From Thermofilaceae archaeon (lineage in GTDB: Archaea > Thermoproteota > Thermoprotei > Thermofilales > Thermofilaceae), in NCBI GenBank assembly GCA_038727095.1, contig JAVYWK010000012.1, forward strand, positions 1-57,585: a DNA stretch of 57,585 nt. The letters run 5' to 3'. The position numbers were made by a program, and so were the translations under genes. The notes under the pieces are model-generated. The model had not been told where the DNA came from and searched no databases. It saw only the letters and a list, made by a program, of their open reading frames with translations. Positions within the stretch are counted from its first letter, which is position 1. Each line of letters starts with the position of its first letter. This document shows, one piece after another, positions 1 to 11,500 of this stretch.

Positions 1-266
1 ACTAAATCGTCGAGATCCGTGAACTCTATTTCAACAGCTTTGGAGAGCGACTTGATGCCGAAGACCCTTCGAAGGATTTCGAGCGCCTTATCCTCGTTTT
101 GACAGTAGATGAATATCCTTCCACCCTCACGTCTCTCGGTATACTCGATGCCGGCGGAGTGGAGCGCCTCCTTTATGTTCCTCTGTAATAGCTTCTCAAA
201 CCTCCTTCTCGTACGGGGGCCCTTTATCGTGATTTCCCCCAGCCTGAGTAGCAGAACCACAAGCAT
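1..266 (-). CDS. thiI: tRNA sulfurtransferase ThiI, N-terminal part (runs off the window)
   Basis: Manual translation from ATG at 266: MLVVLLLRLGEITIKGPRTRRRFEKLLQRNIKEAL...GRIFI...LRRVFGIKSLS, the typical ThiI N-terminus. Confidence 0.85.
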   Translation of the reverse strand, partial: MLVVLLLRLGEITIKGPRTRRRFEKLLQRNIKEALHSAGIEYTERREGGRIFIYCQNEDKALEILRRVFGIKSLSKAVEIEFTDLDDL

Positions 267-316
267 GAGAGGTGGGGTTAAGCCTTAAAAAATGCCTATG
301 CCAGTGTCTTACCGCT

Positions 317-2587
317 GTGAGGCGTGCAGCGCTAATCAGGGTCACAGGTGTAGTGCAAGGCGTGGGCTTTCGACCCTTTGTCTACAGACTAGCTGTTAAA
401 CTCGGTTTAAACGGCTACGTTCAGAACCTGGGTGGGTCTGATGTTGAAATATGGGTGGAAGGAGATGAAAAGGTTATTGAGGAGTTCCTCCGAGCCCTAA
501 AGCTTCAGAGGCCTCCCCCAGCTGAGCTGGACGGAATAACCGTGGCTTGGGTGCAGCCGAAATTCTTCGAAACATTTGCGATAAAGAACAGCGGCGAAAG
601 CCTAGTCAAGAGGTCGCAGATACCCCCTGACATCGGCGTTTGCCCTGACTGCTTGAGAGAGATCACGGATCCCACCTCCCGATGGTATCGCTACTCCTTC
701 AACTCCTGCGCATGGTGCGGCCCCCGCTTCTCGATGATGTATAGGGCGCCGTACGACAGGGAGAACACCTCTATGAACGACTTCCCCCTTTGTGAAGAGT
801 GCTTACAGGAGTATAAGGATTCCGAGAACGCGCGGCGCTTCCACGCTCAAGGCATTAGCTGCCCCAAGTGCGGCCCGCGCCTCACCCTAGTCGACGCCGG
901 CGGAAAGAAGATCCCCTGTGACGACCCTCTGCGGGAGGCGGCTCTTCTGATAGAGGAGGGCTCAATAGTGGCAGTGAAGGGTTTAGGGGGCTTCCATCTA
1001 GCGTCGCTGGCGAGCGATGACGACGTGGTTATGAAGCTGCGGGAAAGGAAGCATAGGCCGCAGAAGCCGTTCGCAATCATGGCCTTGGACGTGGAGGTCG
1101 TCAAGAGGATAGCGGATCCGGCGGAGGATCATATACGCCTGCTGATCTCCCCTCACAGGCCGATAGTGCTGATCCCGAAGAGGGAAGGGTCACCGGTGTC
1201 GGAGCTCGTGGCCCCCGGGCTCTCCGAGCTGGGGGTTATGCTGCCATACACTCCGCTTCACTTCCTCTTGCTAAATGAGACCCGCGATAAGTTCCTGATA
1301 ATGACAAGCGGTAACCGCAGTGGTTTACCGATATGCAAGGGTGAAGAAGCTCTAGTGGAGTTGCGAGGGATAGCGGATTACTTTGTTCTTCACAACAGGA
1401 AGATCGTAAACCGCGTTGATGACAGTGTGGTCAGGATCACCGATGGCGAGCCACAGTTGATAAGGAGAGCCAGAGGTTACGCACCAAAATGGGTTAACCT
1501 TCCCTTCCAACTCGGCTCAGAGGCTGTAGCCCTAGGTGCTCATCTCGATAACGCCGGCGCGGTTGCCTTTGAGGATAAAGTTGTGCTCACCCAGTACGTC
1601 GGAGACATGGATAACCTAGAAAACGTTGAATTCCTGCTCTCATCGATAGACTACCTGCTCGCTAACTACAGAGTTGAACCTAAGGTTGTAGCATCCGATA
1701 AGCACCCCCGGTACGTTACGAGCGAGCTAGCTGGAACGCTTTCCAGGCAAAAGGGCATTCCCCACGTTAAGGTCCAGCACCACTACGCTCACGTCGTGTC
1801 AGCTATGGCGTCGCGAGGTCTGCCGCTGGATGCTGAGGTGGTCGGAGTAGCGATGGACGGCGTCGGCTACGGCGATGATGGCAGGCTGTGGGGTGGTGAA
1901 GTGATGCTGGCGACTTATAGGAGCTACGAGAGGGTGGGGCACTTAGAGTACCTTCCGCTACCGGGGGGCGACCGAGCCGCTGTTTACCCGGCTAGAATAG
2001 TGGTGCGGGTTCTGGCGGAAAAGATCGGATTGGACGAGGCGCTAATGGCCTGCTCATCTCTGGGTCTCGATAAGACGCTGCCTGGGGGGCGCTTGGAGCT
2101 AGAGGCAGCTGCGCGAAGCGACAAGGTCTACTACTCATCGAGCGTGGGGCGTTTCTTAGACGCTGTTTCCGCGCTGCTGGGAGTTTGTGGAGTACGAACG
2201 TACGAGGGTGAACCGGCGGTAAAGCTCGAGGCGGCTGCACGTGGTGGAGCGCTTGTGGACAAGCTGAAGATCGAGGTTCAGGACGATACCGTAATGACCT
2301 CGGAGTTCATAAGCTCGCTACTCGCCGCTCGCGACTCCTACAGCGTGCGCGATCTTGCGTATACCTGTTTAACCAGACTAGGGGAAGCGCTGGCGGAACT
2401 GATACTCAATAAGATCCCCGATCAAAAACCGATTGTGATTGCCAGCGGAGGGGCTGCGGTCAACGATTACATCATAAAAGGGTTAAGGAGAGTGCTGGGA
2501 AAGGTCCTGCTGCCTATCGGCATCCCTCCCGGTGACGGCGGTATAGCTTTAGGCCAGGCCGTGGTAGCAGCGCTGGAGCAGAGTTGA
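317..2587 (+). CDS. hypF: Carbamoyltransferase HypF ([NiFe]-hydrogenase maturation)
   Basis: Acylphosphatase motif GVVQGVGFRPF, two CxxC-x18-CxxC zinc fingers, KGLGGFHL, QHHYAH, DGVGYG, GDGGIALGQ. Probable start GTG 317 (ORF track starts at 272). Confidence 0.96.
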   Translation: MRRAALIRVTGVVQGVGFRPFVYRLAVKLGLNGYVQNLGGSDVEIWVEGDEKVIEEFLRALKLQRPPPAELDGITVAWVQPKFFETFAIKNSGESLVKRSQIPPDIGVCPDCLREITDPTSRWYRYSFNSCAWCGPRFSMMYRAPYDRENTSMNDFPLCEECLQEYKDSENARRFHAQGISCPKCGPRLTLVDAGGKKIPCDDPLREAALLIEEGSIVAVKGLGGFHLASLASDDDVVMKLRERKHRPQKPFAIMALDVEVVKRIADPAEDHIRLLISPHRPIVLIPKREGSPVSELVAPGLSELGVMLPYTPLHFLLLNETRDKFLIMTSGNRSGLPICKGEEALVELRGIADYFVLHNRKIVNRVDDSVVRITDGEPQLIRRARGYAPKWVNLPFQLGSEAVALGAHLDNAGAVAFEDKVVLTQYVGDMDNLENVEFLLSSIDYLLANYRVEPKVVASDKHPRYVTSELAGTLSRQKGIPHVKVQHHYAHVVSAMASRGLPLDAEVVGVAMDGVGYGDDGRLWGGEVMLATYRSYERVGHLEYLPLPGGDRAAVYPARIVVRVLAEKIGLDEALMACSSLGLDKTLPGGRLELEAAARSDKVYYSSSVGRFLDAVSALLGVCGVRTYEGEPAVKLEAAARGGALVDKLKIEVQDDTVMTSEFISSLLAARDSYSVRDLAYTCLTRLGEALAELILNKIPDQKPIVIASGGAAVNDYIIKGLRRVLGKVLLPIGIPPGDGGIALGQAVVAALEQS

Positions 2588-2630
2588 CAGCTGTGCATTA
2601 AGCTTTTGAGGGATTGCGCGCGCTCGCTAC

Positions 2631-3530
2631 GTGAACGTGAAGGTTATTGCGACAAGTTCGTCGCTAGGTTTGGCGGCGCGCCTCTCCACTCTGCTGGGGT
2701 GCAGCATGATAGCTGTCGATGAGAAGGTCTTCCCCGACGGGGAGAAGTACGTCCGCGTGCCTCACAGGCTTGAGGGTTCAACGGTCGTGCTTGTCCACTC
2801 GCTATACCAGCCTCAGGATGAGAGGTTCCTGCAGCTGTTGCTGGCGATCGATGCCGCTAAAGGAGCTGGGGCTGAGCGCGTTATCGTCGTTGTTCCGTAC
2901 GTAGCCTACGCTAGGCAGGATAAGAGGTTCCTTGAGGGTGAACCGATAAGCGTCAAGGTTATCTTCAAAGCGATTGAAGCTGCCGGTGCTGACGCACTGA
3001 TTACTGTGGACCTTCACCGGCCCTCATCGCTTGACGAGTGGCTGGAGATACCCCATGCAAACGTTATTCCTATCGACGCTTTAATCGGATACTTTCGGGG
3101 CCGATTGAGCAACCCTGTGGTACTTGCACCAGATAGGGGGGCTCTGCACAGGGCCCAGCTGGCCGCCCAGCTGCTGGGCGCTCAGTACGACTACTTGGAG
3201 AAGGTCAGGGATCGGGTCACGGGCGAAGTGAAGGTGGTGCCCAAGAGCCTAGACGTGAAGGGAGGAGACATGCTAATAGTCGACGATATCATAAGCACTG
3301 GCGGAACTATAGCCGCGGCTTCCAAATCGGTGCTTACAGAGGGGGCTCGCAACGTGTACGCGGCGTGCACTCATGCTCTGCTCGTATCGGGTGCTCTGGA
3401 TCGGTTGTACGCTGCTGGAGTGAGGGAAGTTGTCGCCACCGATACCGTTCCCTCTCCGGTCTCTAAGGTTAGCGTAGCTGAGAGCCTAGCAAAGGCCGTC
3501 AATGAGATGCTAACAACATTGAGTCTCTAG
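2631..3530 (+). CDS. prs: Ribose-phosphate pyrophosphokinase
   Basis: FPDGEKYVR, PYVAYARQDK, LAPDRGA and PRPP motif IVDDIISTGGT. Confidence 0.96.
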   Translation: MNVKVIATSSSLGLAARLSTLLGCSMIAVDEKVFPDGEKYVRVPHRLEGSTVVLVHSLYQPQDERFLQLLLAIDAAKGAGAERVIVVVPYVAYARQDKRFLEGEPISVKVIFKAIEAAGADALITVDLHRPSSLDEWLEIPHANVIPIDALIGYFRGRLSNPVVLAPDRGALHRAQLAAQLLGAQYDYLEKVRDRVTGEVKVVPKSLDVKGGDMLIVDDIISTGGTIAAASKSVLTEGARNVYAACTHALLVSGALDRLYAAGVREVVATDTVPSPVSKVSVAESLAKAVNEMLTTLSL

Positions 3531-3531
3531 A

Positions 3532-4068
3532 TCATCGCAGCAGAGGTAACTCTATTCTGTTGATCCTATTGATCAAGAGCGTTACTGAAGCCGCCGTAAC
3601 AAACTCTGTTAAGGGTCCTATTCCCATTATGTATCCGCCCATTACCGGGGCAAATAGGCCTACCAAAGCGTAGAGGAGTGCTACACGCGGATCGCCTATG
3701 AAGAGAACATATAGGGCGAACGACGAAACCACATCGTATAGGAAGGTGAGTGAGAAGGCAAAAACGAACAATCTTACCGAAGAGCTGTTCCTCGTATCGA
3801 CGACTCCCCAGACAGCTCCGATTACGCAGGCGAGCAAAGAGTTCACGAGCGTCCAGGGGCCCAGACCCAGTACGGCATCGCTCCCCAGGAACGATAGAAC
3901 CCCTGTTAAGGCACCAACGAGAGAACCCCCCGCGTGCGCGGCCACTATCGCCGCTATCAGTGGGATGTTCACGAATTGAAGAGTCCCTGCAAGCGCGTGC
4001 TTTAAGAGCCTGGCTGCTATGGCTAGTGCGGAGAAGACCGAGATTAGGGCTGCTTGCCTAGCTCGCAC
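3532..4068 (-). CDS. ECF transporter S-component-like membrane protein
   Basis: 178 aa, about 5-6 TM helices, AALISVFSALAIA N-terminus and GLGPWT motif typical of ECF S components. Confidence 0.6.
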   Translation of the reverse strand: MRARQAALISVFSALAIAARLLKHALAGTLQFVNIPLIAAIVAAHAGGSLVGALTGVLSFLGSDAVLGLGPWTLVNSLLACVIGAVWGVVDTRNSSSVRLFVFAFSLTFLYDVVSSFALYVLFIGDPRVALLYALVGLFAPVMGGYIMGIGPLTEFVTAASVTLLINRINRIELPLLR

Positions 4069-6073
4069 GTCTCTTACTTTTCTTCATCCTAAGCTTAGAA
4101 CTTACCTTTGATTTTTGTCTAACGACATGCTCGAGGAAGTTAAATCGCTTCGCGGCAACGATCAGGGTAGCGGTTATTAACGATGATGCTGCTGACGCGG
4201 CGATCAATCGAATTTCATCGGGCTCTCCTTCATGTACCGTTGTCTGCAAATAGCGCGTAAGCTTTGTCTCTACGCTTAAATTGTCGCTTAATTCGAACGT
4301 GGAACTCCAGTTGAGGTAACCGGATTTCTGAATCAATATTGTGTAGCGACCTGGAGCCAGTTGGAGAGCGAGTTTACCTTGAGCGGAGGCTAGAGTAACG
4401 TTACGGGAGTCAAGCAATTTGATGAAAGCATCGGGAAGAGCTGTACCGTTTTCGTCGAGTACGCTCACGGTCAGAGTGATAGAAGGCCTTTCAATCAGTA
4501 GGAAATTGAGGAGGGTGTCGCTTTGGATCGCGACGATTTGCTTGACTACTTGCTGCGCAGCCTCAGCCTCAACGGTGTACAGACCCCTGGTGAGGTTGAA
4601 CGCGGCTGTGCAGTTGCTTGCTTCACCCAGCTTAGTGCCCTGTGCATCGTAAACCCTGATGATGCAGCTTCCAACCCCCTTCTTCCCTGTAGATACATTA
4701 ACGTTTAACTTGTAAAGCCTTCCGAGCGTTATGAGCTTCGTCATGTTGCCCTGTATAGTGAACGTTGTTTGAAACTCGCGGGCTGAGGGGTGCTTGACTG
4801 TCAGAAGATGTGTTCCTGGTTCTAGCGCAAGTTCGGCGGCGCCCGTTGATGACGTTGTAACGCAGCTGCTGTTAGCGCAGACGAGTGCTCCGTGGAAAGG
4901 CTGACCCTCATCATCTATGACCTGCACCACTAGGTGCGCCAGTTTCGACTCCTGCTTCATGGTATTAAGCAGTAGTGAGGGCACTACTAGAAAGCCGCCA
5001 TCGAACAAGGAAATAGCCCTATCTCCAGCGATCTTAATTGCCTTAGGTGTGCCAAGGTCCCTCACGGCCTCCATCAACATTCCTCCCGTTGCATCGCTGA
5101 AAACGACGTAAGCAGCTTCAACTATTGTATTATAGCTTAAAATTGCTAGTCTGTAGTTGTCATCAATCGACGATAGGACACGTCGCGCAGGCGCTAAGGG
5201 CAGGTCTCGGGAGATAGTCGATCCGCTCTCGATATCTACGACGACTAATCTCAGCGAGTTATCGCTAGCGAGAACGTAGTGGAAAAGGTTACCGCTCGGG
5301 GAGAACCCCCAGCTCAGCCACTTATCAACCGGCTGAGCGTAGGCGTGGATCCCTACGGGCTTCTCCAGACCCTTGTCTCCCAGATTGTAAACGTACATCG
5401 CATCCCGTTTAGCCAGGATCAACCAGTTTCGACGCCAAAACACAGCAGCATCCCTCAGGTGCGTTATAACGCTACGAAAGAGCAGATCTCCCGTTTCCGG
5501 CTTGATTATGAGCAACAGCTTCTCTTCATTTTGAATACAGATTGAGCAAAACGTGTCGAAGCCGTAGAGCAAGATAGCGTCGCCGCGCGGGCTAATGCTG
5601 CCACCTAAGAACGTGTTCCTTATGCTATAGTAGTCCAGCGGCTTAAGCTCGGGCACTTTGACGGCTGATGCCGTCCCACCGGCGTAAATTAGCGCTAAAC
5701 CGCTAACATAGAGTAGCTTTCCTCTTCCCTTGGCTATGGCGTTGGGATCGATACTAACCTTCGCCCATCCCATGGGTTTTCCATCGCGCGTGATGAGCCC
5801 CAGCCACGCAGCGTCGGTTAACACTAGAAGTCCGTAAGGAGGAGCTGGTGTGAGAAGAACGGGGATACCAAAACCCTCGAATGTCAGCTTCCAAATCCAT
5901 GCCTCACCGCTATGCGATACTAATGTGCCGTTGGACAGGGAAAGGTATAGCCGCCCATCGTATGCGATATCATTGATACCGATGCTGAGGGTAATCGGTT
6001 GGGGGAGGGCTGTACCACTGAGCGCGATCACGATGATAACTGTAAGTATTGCTGTTAGTGTAGTCGCCTTCAT
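4058..6073 (-). CDS. Membrane-anchored surface protein (beta-rich N-terminus, carboxypeptidase-regulatory/PEGA-like repeats)
   Basis: Signal peptide, repeats VxDxxGxPxxxAxV...LxPGxY, C-terminal TM and basic tail. ATG at 6073. Confidence 0.65.
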   Translation of the reverse strand: MKATTLTAILTVIIVIALSGTALPQPITLSIGINDIAYDGRLYLSLSNGTLVSHSGEAWIWKLTFEGFGIPVLLTPAPPYGLLVLTDAAWLGLITRDGKPMGWAKVSIDPNAIAKGRGKLLYVSGLALIYAGGTASAVKVPELKPLDYYSIRNTFLGGSISPRGDAILLYGFDTFCSICIQNEEKLLLIIKPETGDLLFRSVITHLRDAAVFWRRNWLILAKRDAMYVYNLGDKGLEKPVGIHAYAQPVDKWLSWGFSPSGNLFHYVLASDNSLRLVVVDIESGSTISRDLPLAPARRVLSSIDDNYRLAILSYNTIVEAAYVVFSDATGGMLMEAVRDLGTPKAIKIAGDRAISLFDGGFLVVPSLLLNTMKQESKLAHLVVQVIDDEGQPFHGALVCANSSCVTTSSTGAAELALEPGTHLLTVKHPSAREFQTTFTIQGNMTKLITLGRLYKLNVNVSTGKKGVGSCIIRVYDAQGTKLGEASNCTAAFNLTRGLYTVEAEAAQQVVKQIVAIQSDTLLNFLLIERPSITLTVSVLDENGTALPDAFIKLLDSRNVTLASAQGKLALQLAPGRYTILIQKSGYLNWSSTFELSDNLSVETKLTRYLQTTVHEGEPDEIRLIAASAASSLITATLIVAAKRFNFLEHVVRQKSKVSSKLRMKKSKRRAS

Positions 6074-6133
6074 TGGGGGTAACACTACAGTGCAGTTATA
6101 AATCTGCGTTCTGCCGTGGGACCCTAAGCACGA

Positions 6134-8464
6134 TCATCCTTTAAGAATTCTTAATAATTTCAGAGAAATAATAGTTATGTTTGATCTGAAAAATATTGTA
6201 ATAACGTTAATTATCAGTGTCAAGGAAGCCGTAAAAAGAGTTACGTGATCCCCCCATGTGCTCAGCTCGTACTGAAGACGAAGGGTGTTCTCGCCTGAAG
6301 GTACAGCGACTTTGATGAATGGCACCCTATAATTAGTGATGACACCATCCCCTGGTACCCACACATAGGTGGGGATCTCAGGGTAATAGGGTCCCACGTA
6401 CATAGATTGACCGTTAACGTATGCCGCCCAACCAGGAAAGTAGACCTGCCTTATCCGTACTATCGTGGCATTGCCCGCTCGGTAACGCACGGCTATAGAG
6501 TTCGGTCTTATCGTTACGCTCACGATTTCACCTTCGTCAATGCTTACGATCGGGTTGAAGGTCGTGGTTCTGAAAACGTGAAATGGGCCTCTCCTATAAA
6601 CATCCTCGAATAACTCCGGTCTCGCCCTTAGCGATGATGACAACCTGCTATCGAATATCACGAAATAACTGATCCCCAACTCCTTCGCCATCTCGTACAC
6701 CCTTTCAGGATTTCTAACAAGCCATTCGATGGGTTGACCCAACAAATGGTCGGCCTCCGTGTTCGCGATGGGTTGAGTTATGTACCTAGTGCCAAACCCC
6801 CCTCCCACCTGCGGCACCCCAGTGATCATCGATGAGAGGTAGAAGTAGTGAGAAACTGGGAGTCGGCTCCAGTCCCCAAGCTTCCACAACGTATCTTGGT
6901 AGAAAACATACGTGTTGCTAGGAACGTTGCTCCTGACCCACTCCATTACATCCATCATGTCGGCTACTCCCGGAAAGTCATTGTCCATCTTGAAGCGCAG
7001 CGTGTCAGAGAAGGGGTAGTAGAAGTCAGTCTGCACGATATGTGGCCCAAGGAGAGCCCATACTAAGAGCAGGAGCGAAAGCCCAAATCCACCGAGTGCG
7101 AGCTGCGCAGCAGAGCCCTTAAGCCGCTTCGACGCAGCATAGGCCCTCTCCAGCACTGCAGAGAGGCCCAGCGCCGCAACGGTCAATACGAGATAGCGGG
7201 CGAGACCGGCGAACTTGTAGTACGCATACCACTCGCTAAACGGTAAAATTCTGTTGAGATCGATGCTCCACCAAAGCACCTGGAATCGGTACGTGTCAGG
7301 GCCGGTAGCGATGGTCAGGAGCACTGAAGTGATGGATAGCAGCATCGCTGGGCCCGGCATCTGGCTGAGCGATGAAACTATCAGCAGGAAGAGGGCAGCA
7401 ACAAGGAGCCTTAGGCCGAGGTAGCCGTCATATGGGAATAGGGCTCCGATGAGCCACAGTAGAATAGATGAGATTACGGCAGTCAACGTTAAGGGGAGCA
7501 ATGCCCGCTCAACGGTTAAGCCAGAGAGCAGCAGAGATACCACCGCGAACGCTAGAAGCAGCATCCCGGGAGAAGATAGGAAGTGTAGGAAGCCCCAAGG
7601 GCCTGTGTACCAGCTAATCGTTGGCAAGCTGTGATAGACTGTGTTTGTGAGCGAGAGCGGAACCAGCCAGAACGCTAACAGGCCGAAAGTGCCGGCTACT
7701 GTGGCGAGGAACGTGACCAGGACATGCAGAACCCCTCTTGAAGCGGCTAATACCCTCTTTCTTCCCGCACCCTCGACAAGCATAACGCGCCGAACGGTAT
7801 GTGCCGCTGTGACAATCGTTTCGGCGATGAGGACTGAAGCACCGGTCATGACGTGGCTCAGGACTGCTCCTGCACCGAGCAGCGAGGCTAAGGATACCCT
7901 TTGGAGCCACGCGGCTCCTCGCTTGCCTAAGGCGCTCCAGTAGGCGGCCAAAGCTAGAAGTGCCAAGCCTATTCCCAGCCTGTGGGGCCACATACCGATG
8001 TAGTACAATTGCTTTAGACCAGCGTCGAGCCACTCCGACTCCCCCGGCAGAATCAGCAGAGAGAGTAGCGCTGCTAGAGTCGATCCCGTGTAACCACTCC
8101 CCAGCGCTCTCGCGAGAGCGTAAGCGCCTGTAGCCGGAAGCAAGTAGGTAATGACCAGGGCTATCTTGTAGGCTGCCACAATATCGATAATGCCGGCGAA
8201 GGCTCGATCGATGAGCGCTATTAGTAAGTAGGCCCCCGGATTGTAGAACTGGTTAAAGACCCAACCGAAGTTGTTGTAAGGATCCCAACCTAGGATATGG
8301 GGAAAGAAGTACCTCGAAGTAAGGTAGGAGCACACGAGGTGTGGTGGGTGATCCCAGCCCGGGGGTGTGCCGTCGCGGAAGAAAGTTTTGACCGATGCTA
8401 TACCGAATATCAGCACCGCGCCCAGTACTAGCGCTTCAAGCAGGACCTTGACTTTTATGAGCAT
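6134..8464 (-). CDS. Multi-pass GT-C-type glycosyltransferase-like membrane protein (PTPS-related/YfhO-like)
   Basis: GWDHPPH loop after TM1, WDPYNNFGW..NQFYNPG, many TMs, C-terminal YFPGWAAYVNG motif. Confidence 0.65.
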   Translation of the reverse strand: MLIKVKVLLEALVLGAVLIFGIASVKTFFRDGTPPGWDHPPHLVCSYLTSRYFFPHILGWDPYNNFGWVFNQFYNPGAYLLIALIDRAFAGIIDIVAAYKIALVITYLLPATGAYALARALGSGYTGSTLAALLSLLILPGESEWLDAGLKQLYYIGMWPHRLGIGLALLALAAYWSALGKRGAAWLQRVSLASLLGAGAVLSHVMTGASVLIAETIVTAAHTVRRVMLVEGAGRKRVLAASRGVLHVLVTFLATVAGTFGLLAFWLVPLSLTNTVYHSLPTISWYTGPWGFLHFLSSPGMLLLAFAVVSLLLSGLTVERALLPLTLTAVISSILLWLIGALFPYDGYLGLRLLVAALFLLIVSSLSQMPGPAMLLSITSVLLTIATGPDTYRFQVLWWSIDLNRILPFSEWYAYYKFAGLARYLVLTVAALGLSAVLERAYAASKRLKGSAAQLALGGFGLSLLLLVWALLGPHIVQTDFYYPFSDTLRFKMDNDFPGVADMMDVMEWVRSNVPSNTYVFYQDTLWKLGDWSRLPVSHYFYLSSMITGVPQVGGGFGTRYITQPIANTEADHLLGQPIEWLVRNPERVYEMAKELGISYFVIFDSRLSSSLRARPELFEDVYRRGPFHVFRTTTFNPIVSIDEGEIVSVTIRPNSIAVRYRAGNATIVRIRQVYFPGWAAYVNGQSMYVGPYYPEIPTYVWVPGDGVITNYRVPFIKVAVPSGENTLRLQYELSTWGDHVTLFTASLTLIINVITIFFRSNITIISLKLLRILKG

Positions 8465-8522
8465 CTGTTGACGTCATACTCGCTTTCATTAAAGTTTTTA
8501 TCTGACGCTCGCCAGCCTTCCG

Positions 8523-11500
8523 ATGAGATCTTCAAGGATCGCGGCTTTAGCCAGCGCAGCCATCGTCGCTTTAACGGTCTTTACAGTGATCTTGCCAGAG
8601 CTGAATAGGAGCATCGTCCTGGGTGAAGCGGGTGTGGTAGAAAAGGTGCTGGAGCACTTTGTTCAACCTGAGTTGTTCGCGACTAGCCTTATTGATCTCA
8701 GCGGAGAGTGGCTCTACACGGTGAAGAGCTACGACGAGGGGGTCCTCGAGGAGCTCTACAGGCCCGACGCGCCGGTCGCTGACTGGAGAACAGTCACTGT
8801 ACCCTTCACACATGCCGCTACAGTCGCCAACTCGACTGTTTGGCTGAGGCGCGGTTTCAGCTTGCCGGAGGGTCTAAGGGGCAACCGCGTCAGGCTGATT
8901 TTCCTAGGAGCGTTCTATCGCGCTGCGGTTTGGCTTAACGGCATCTACCTAGGTGAGCACGAGGGCTACTTTTCCCCCTTCTACTTCGACGTAACCGACC
9001 TACTGAATTTCGGCGGTGCAAACACGCTGGTGGTGTGCTTATCATCCCCGGTAGAACTTGATTTGGACAACAAGAGGGCTTTCACGGGTATATTCGGCGA
9101 CGGGAACGTAAAGCCTTACCCACGCTGGGCGCTCGGCAAGTTGCCACGCAACTACGAGTGGTTTGTCCCGATAGGGCTTTGGAGACCGGTCGTTCTAGCC
9201 GTTAGTGGGCCCGTAGCGGTAAACGTTGTTCTAATCGACGCCGTACCTGAAGACAGTTCAGCCAGAGTCAGGGTTAGGCTCTACGTCTCCAACGTTGGGG
9301 AGCGTGCCCAATGTGTGCTTCGTTACAGTATTTCACCCTACAACTTCGAGGGCGAGGGAGTCGATGGGCAGTTAACCTTTGAGATCGGAAAAGATGATAG
9401 AAGGTGGATTGAGTTCGAAATCGCCCTACGGAATCCAAGACTGTGGTGGACGTGGGATCAGGGCTTTCCACACCTTTACTCTTTCCGGTACGAGATACGC
9501 TCCAGGGACGGTGTCCTCATGGGCTCATCATCGGTACGGTTTGGGGTACGGTCCCTGAGAGGCAGCGAGATTGTAAAGGGGCGAGCAACATTCGTGTTAA
9601 ACAGCCGCCGCGTCTTCCTGAGGGGGTTTAACTACATCCACGATTTCTTCCTTGTCAACGCCTCGACGGACACCCTCTACCGGGATTTAAGGTCGATCGT
9701 AGACGCGCATGCGAACTTCGTCAGAGTCTACGCGCACGTGGGACCCACCGAGTTCTACAGTCTGGCTGATGAGATGGGCCTGGCCGTTCAAGCGGACAGC
9801 CCACTAATATGGGCCTACGCCTCAAGGCTCAGCGGTGCTGAGTACGGGCGTTTCGTTGAGAGCGCGCACCGTCAGATAGCGAAGATGGTACTACTCCTCT
9901 ACAACCACCCGAGCGTTGTGATCTGGACTGTACACAATGAGCCTCCGTGGGCCTGCGAGTGGATGGGCGACCTCTACAGGCGTGGCGTGAATCGCGATCT
10001 TGACACCGCTCTAGCGGCTCTAATCTCATCGCTGGATGGTCATAGCCGACCCATCATCACGGGTGGCGGTTATGAGGATCAACACGTATACCACGGCTGG
10101 TTTAGCGGCAGCTGGACGGACTTCCTCTACGACGCTTCAACCTTCCCGACGGAATTCGGGGCACAATCCCTGCCCTCTATCGCTTCCCCCTTCTGGAGGA
10201 TCGTAAATATCTCGAAGTGGCCTATTGAAGAGGGGAGCCCGGAATTCTACGATCTTGTCTACCGAGGTCTGTATGCGCAGCGAGCATTCCAGCCCCCCTT
10301 TGGTCAGCCTCGCGACTACCCCTCGCTGGTCGATTACATCGAAGCGAGCCAGCGGTACCAGGCAAATCTGCTGCGGATAGCTATAGCCAGGTACAGGGTC
10401 CTCAAGTTCAACGCGACGGCTGGGGCAGCTGTTTTCCTCTTCAGAGACTGCTTCCCGCAGGCTTCGTTCTCCGTTGTTGACTACTTTGGGATCCCTAAGC
10501 TGGCCTACTACACGGTCGCGGAGATGTTTAAACCCTTGAAGGTGATCGTCGCAATTGGTGGAGAGTTCGAAAGTAGGGGGGTTCAGGTCGTCTACAAGGC
10601 GAACTCCACTTTCAAGGCCGACGTATGGGTCGTAAATGACCTAGCCAACGAGACCGGAAGTGCGATGGTTAGGTGGAGGATGAGCGACGCTGTCAGTGGC
10701 CAACTGATAGCGGAGGGTGCTGTGAACGTTACACTCCCGGCAGCCTGGGAGCCAGCAAGGCTTGTTCAGAGCCTACGTATGGAGGCTCCCGCGTCCATCG
10801 AGGGGCTGAGGTGGATCAGATTTGAGGCCGAGCTGCTGCGCGAGGGTCGGTTAATCGACAAGGATGAGATCTTCTTCGCCGTAGAGCCGCTTAGCAGGGT
10901 GGTTGTAAACCTGGAAGGCGTGGAGGACCGATTAACCTTCTACGTAGCATCTGATAGATTCAACTTCTACGTGACAAGCGAGGGTGGGAAGCTAAGCTTC
11001 GCTGTACCAGCCGGCTCCAAGGTTACGATAATAGGCCCCCGTTTCGACGGTGCAACACCCTATACTCCCGTGAGAGTAGATCTTCCCTCACTAAACCCCG
11101 GTACCACGAGCCTCACAGTAAGGCTCGTAGAAGGTGCGATCTACACCGTAAGGCTACCCCTGCTCATTTCTCAAGTCGCGCGTACTCCTACTCTGCGGCT
11201 TCGAGTGGAGGCTGGGGTTCGCCCCGAAAGCCCGATAATCACGGTGTACGACGATCCTGAGCTCAAGGTGCTGCTCAATCTCCGCGGTAACGATTTCATC
11301 GTGCCGGCCGGTGTTCCTGTCGCACTGAGCCTTGAGGTGAATGGGGCGATCGTGGTTCGAAGGGAGGTCGAGCTTGCGCCGAATGAACGTCTTGTCGAAG
11401 GGGTTTTCGCCTCGAGCCTGGCTCAGCAGTCCTTGGATAGAGGTGAGAGGGAGATACGCCAAACCAAATCGATGCTTGCATCGTTCGAGCGACAGGGCTT

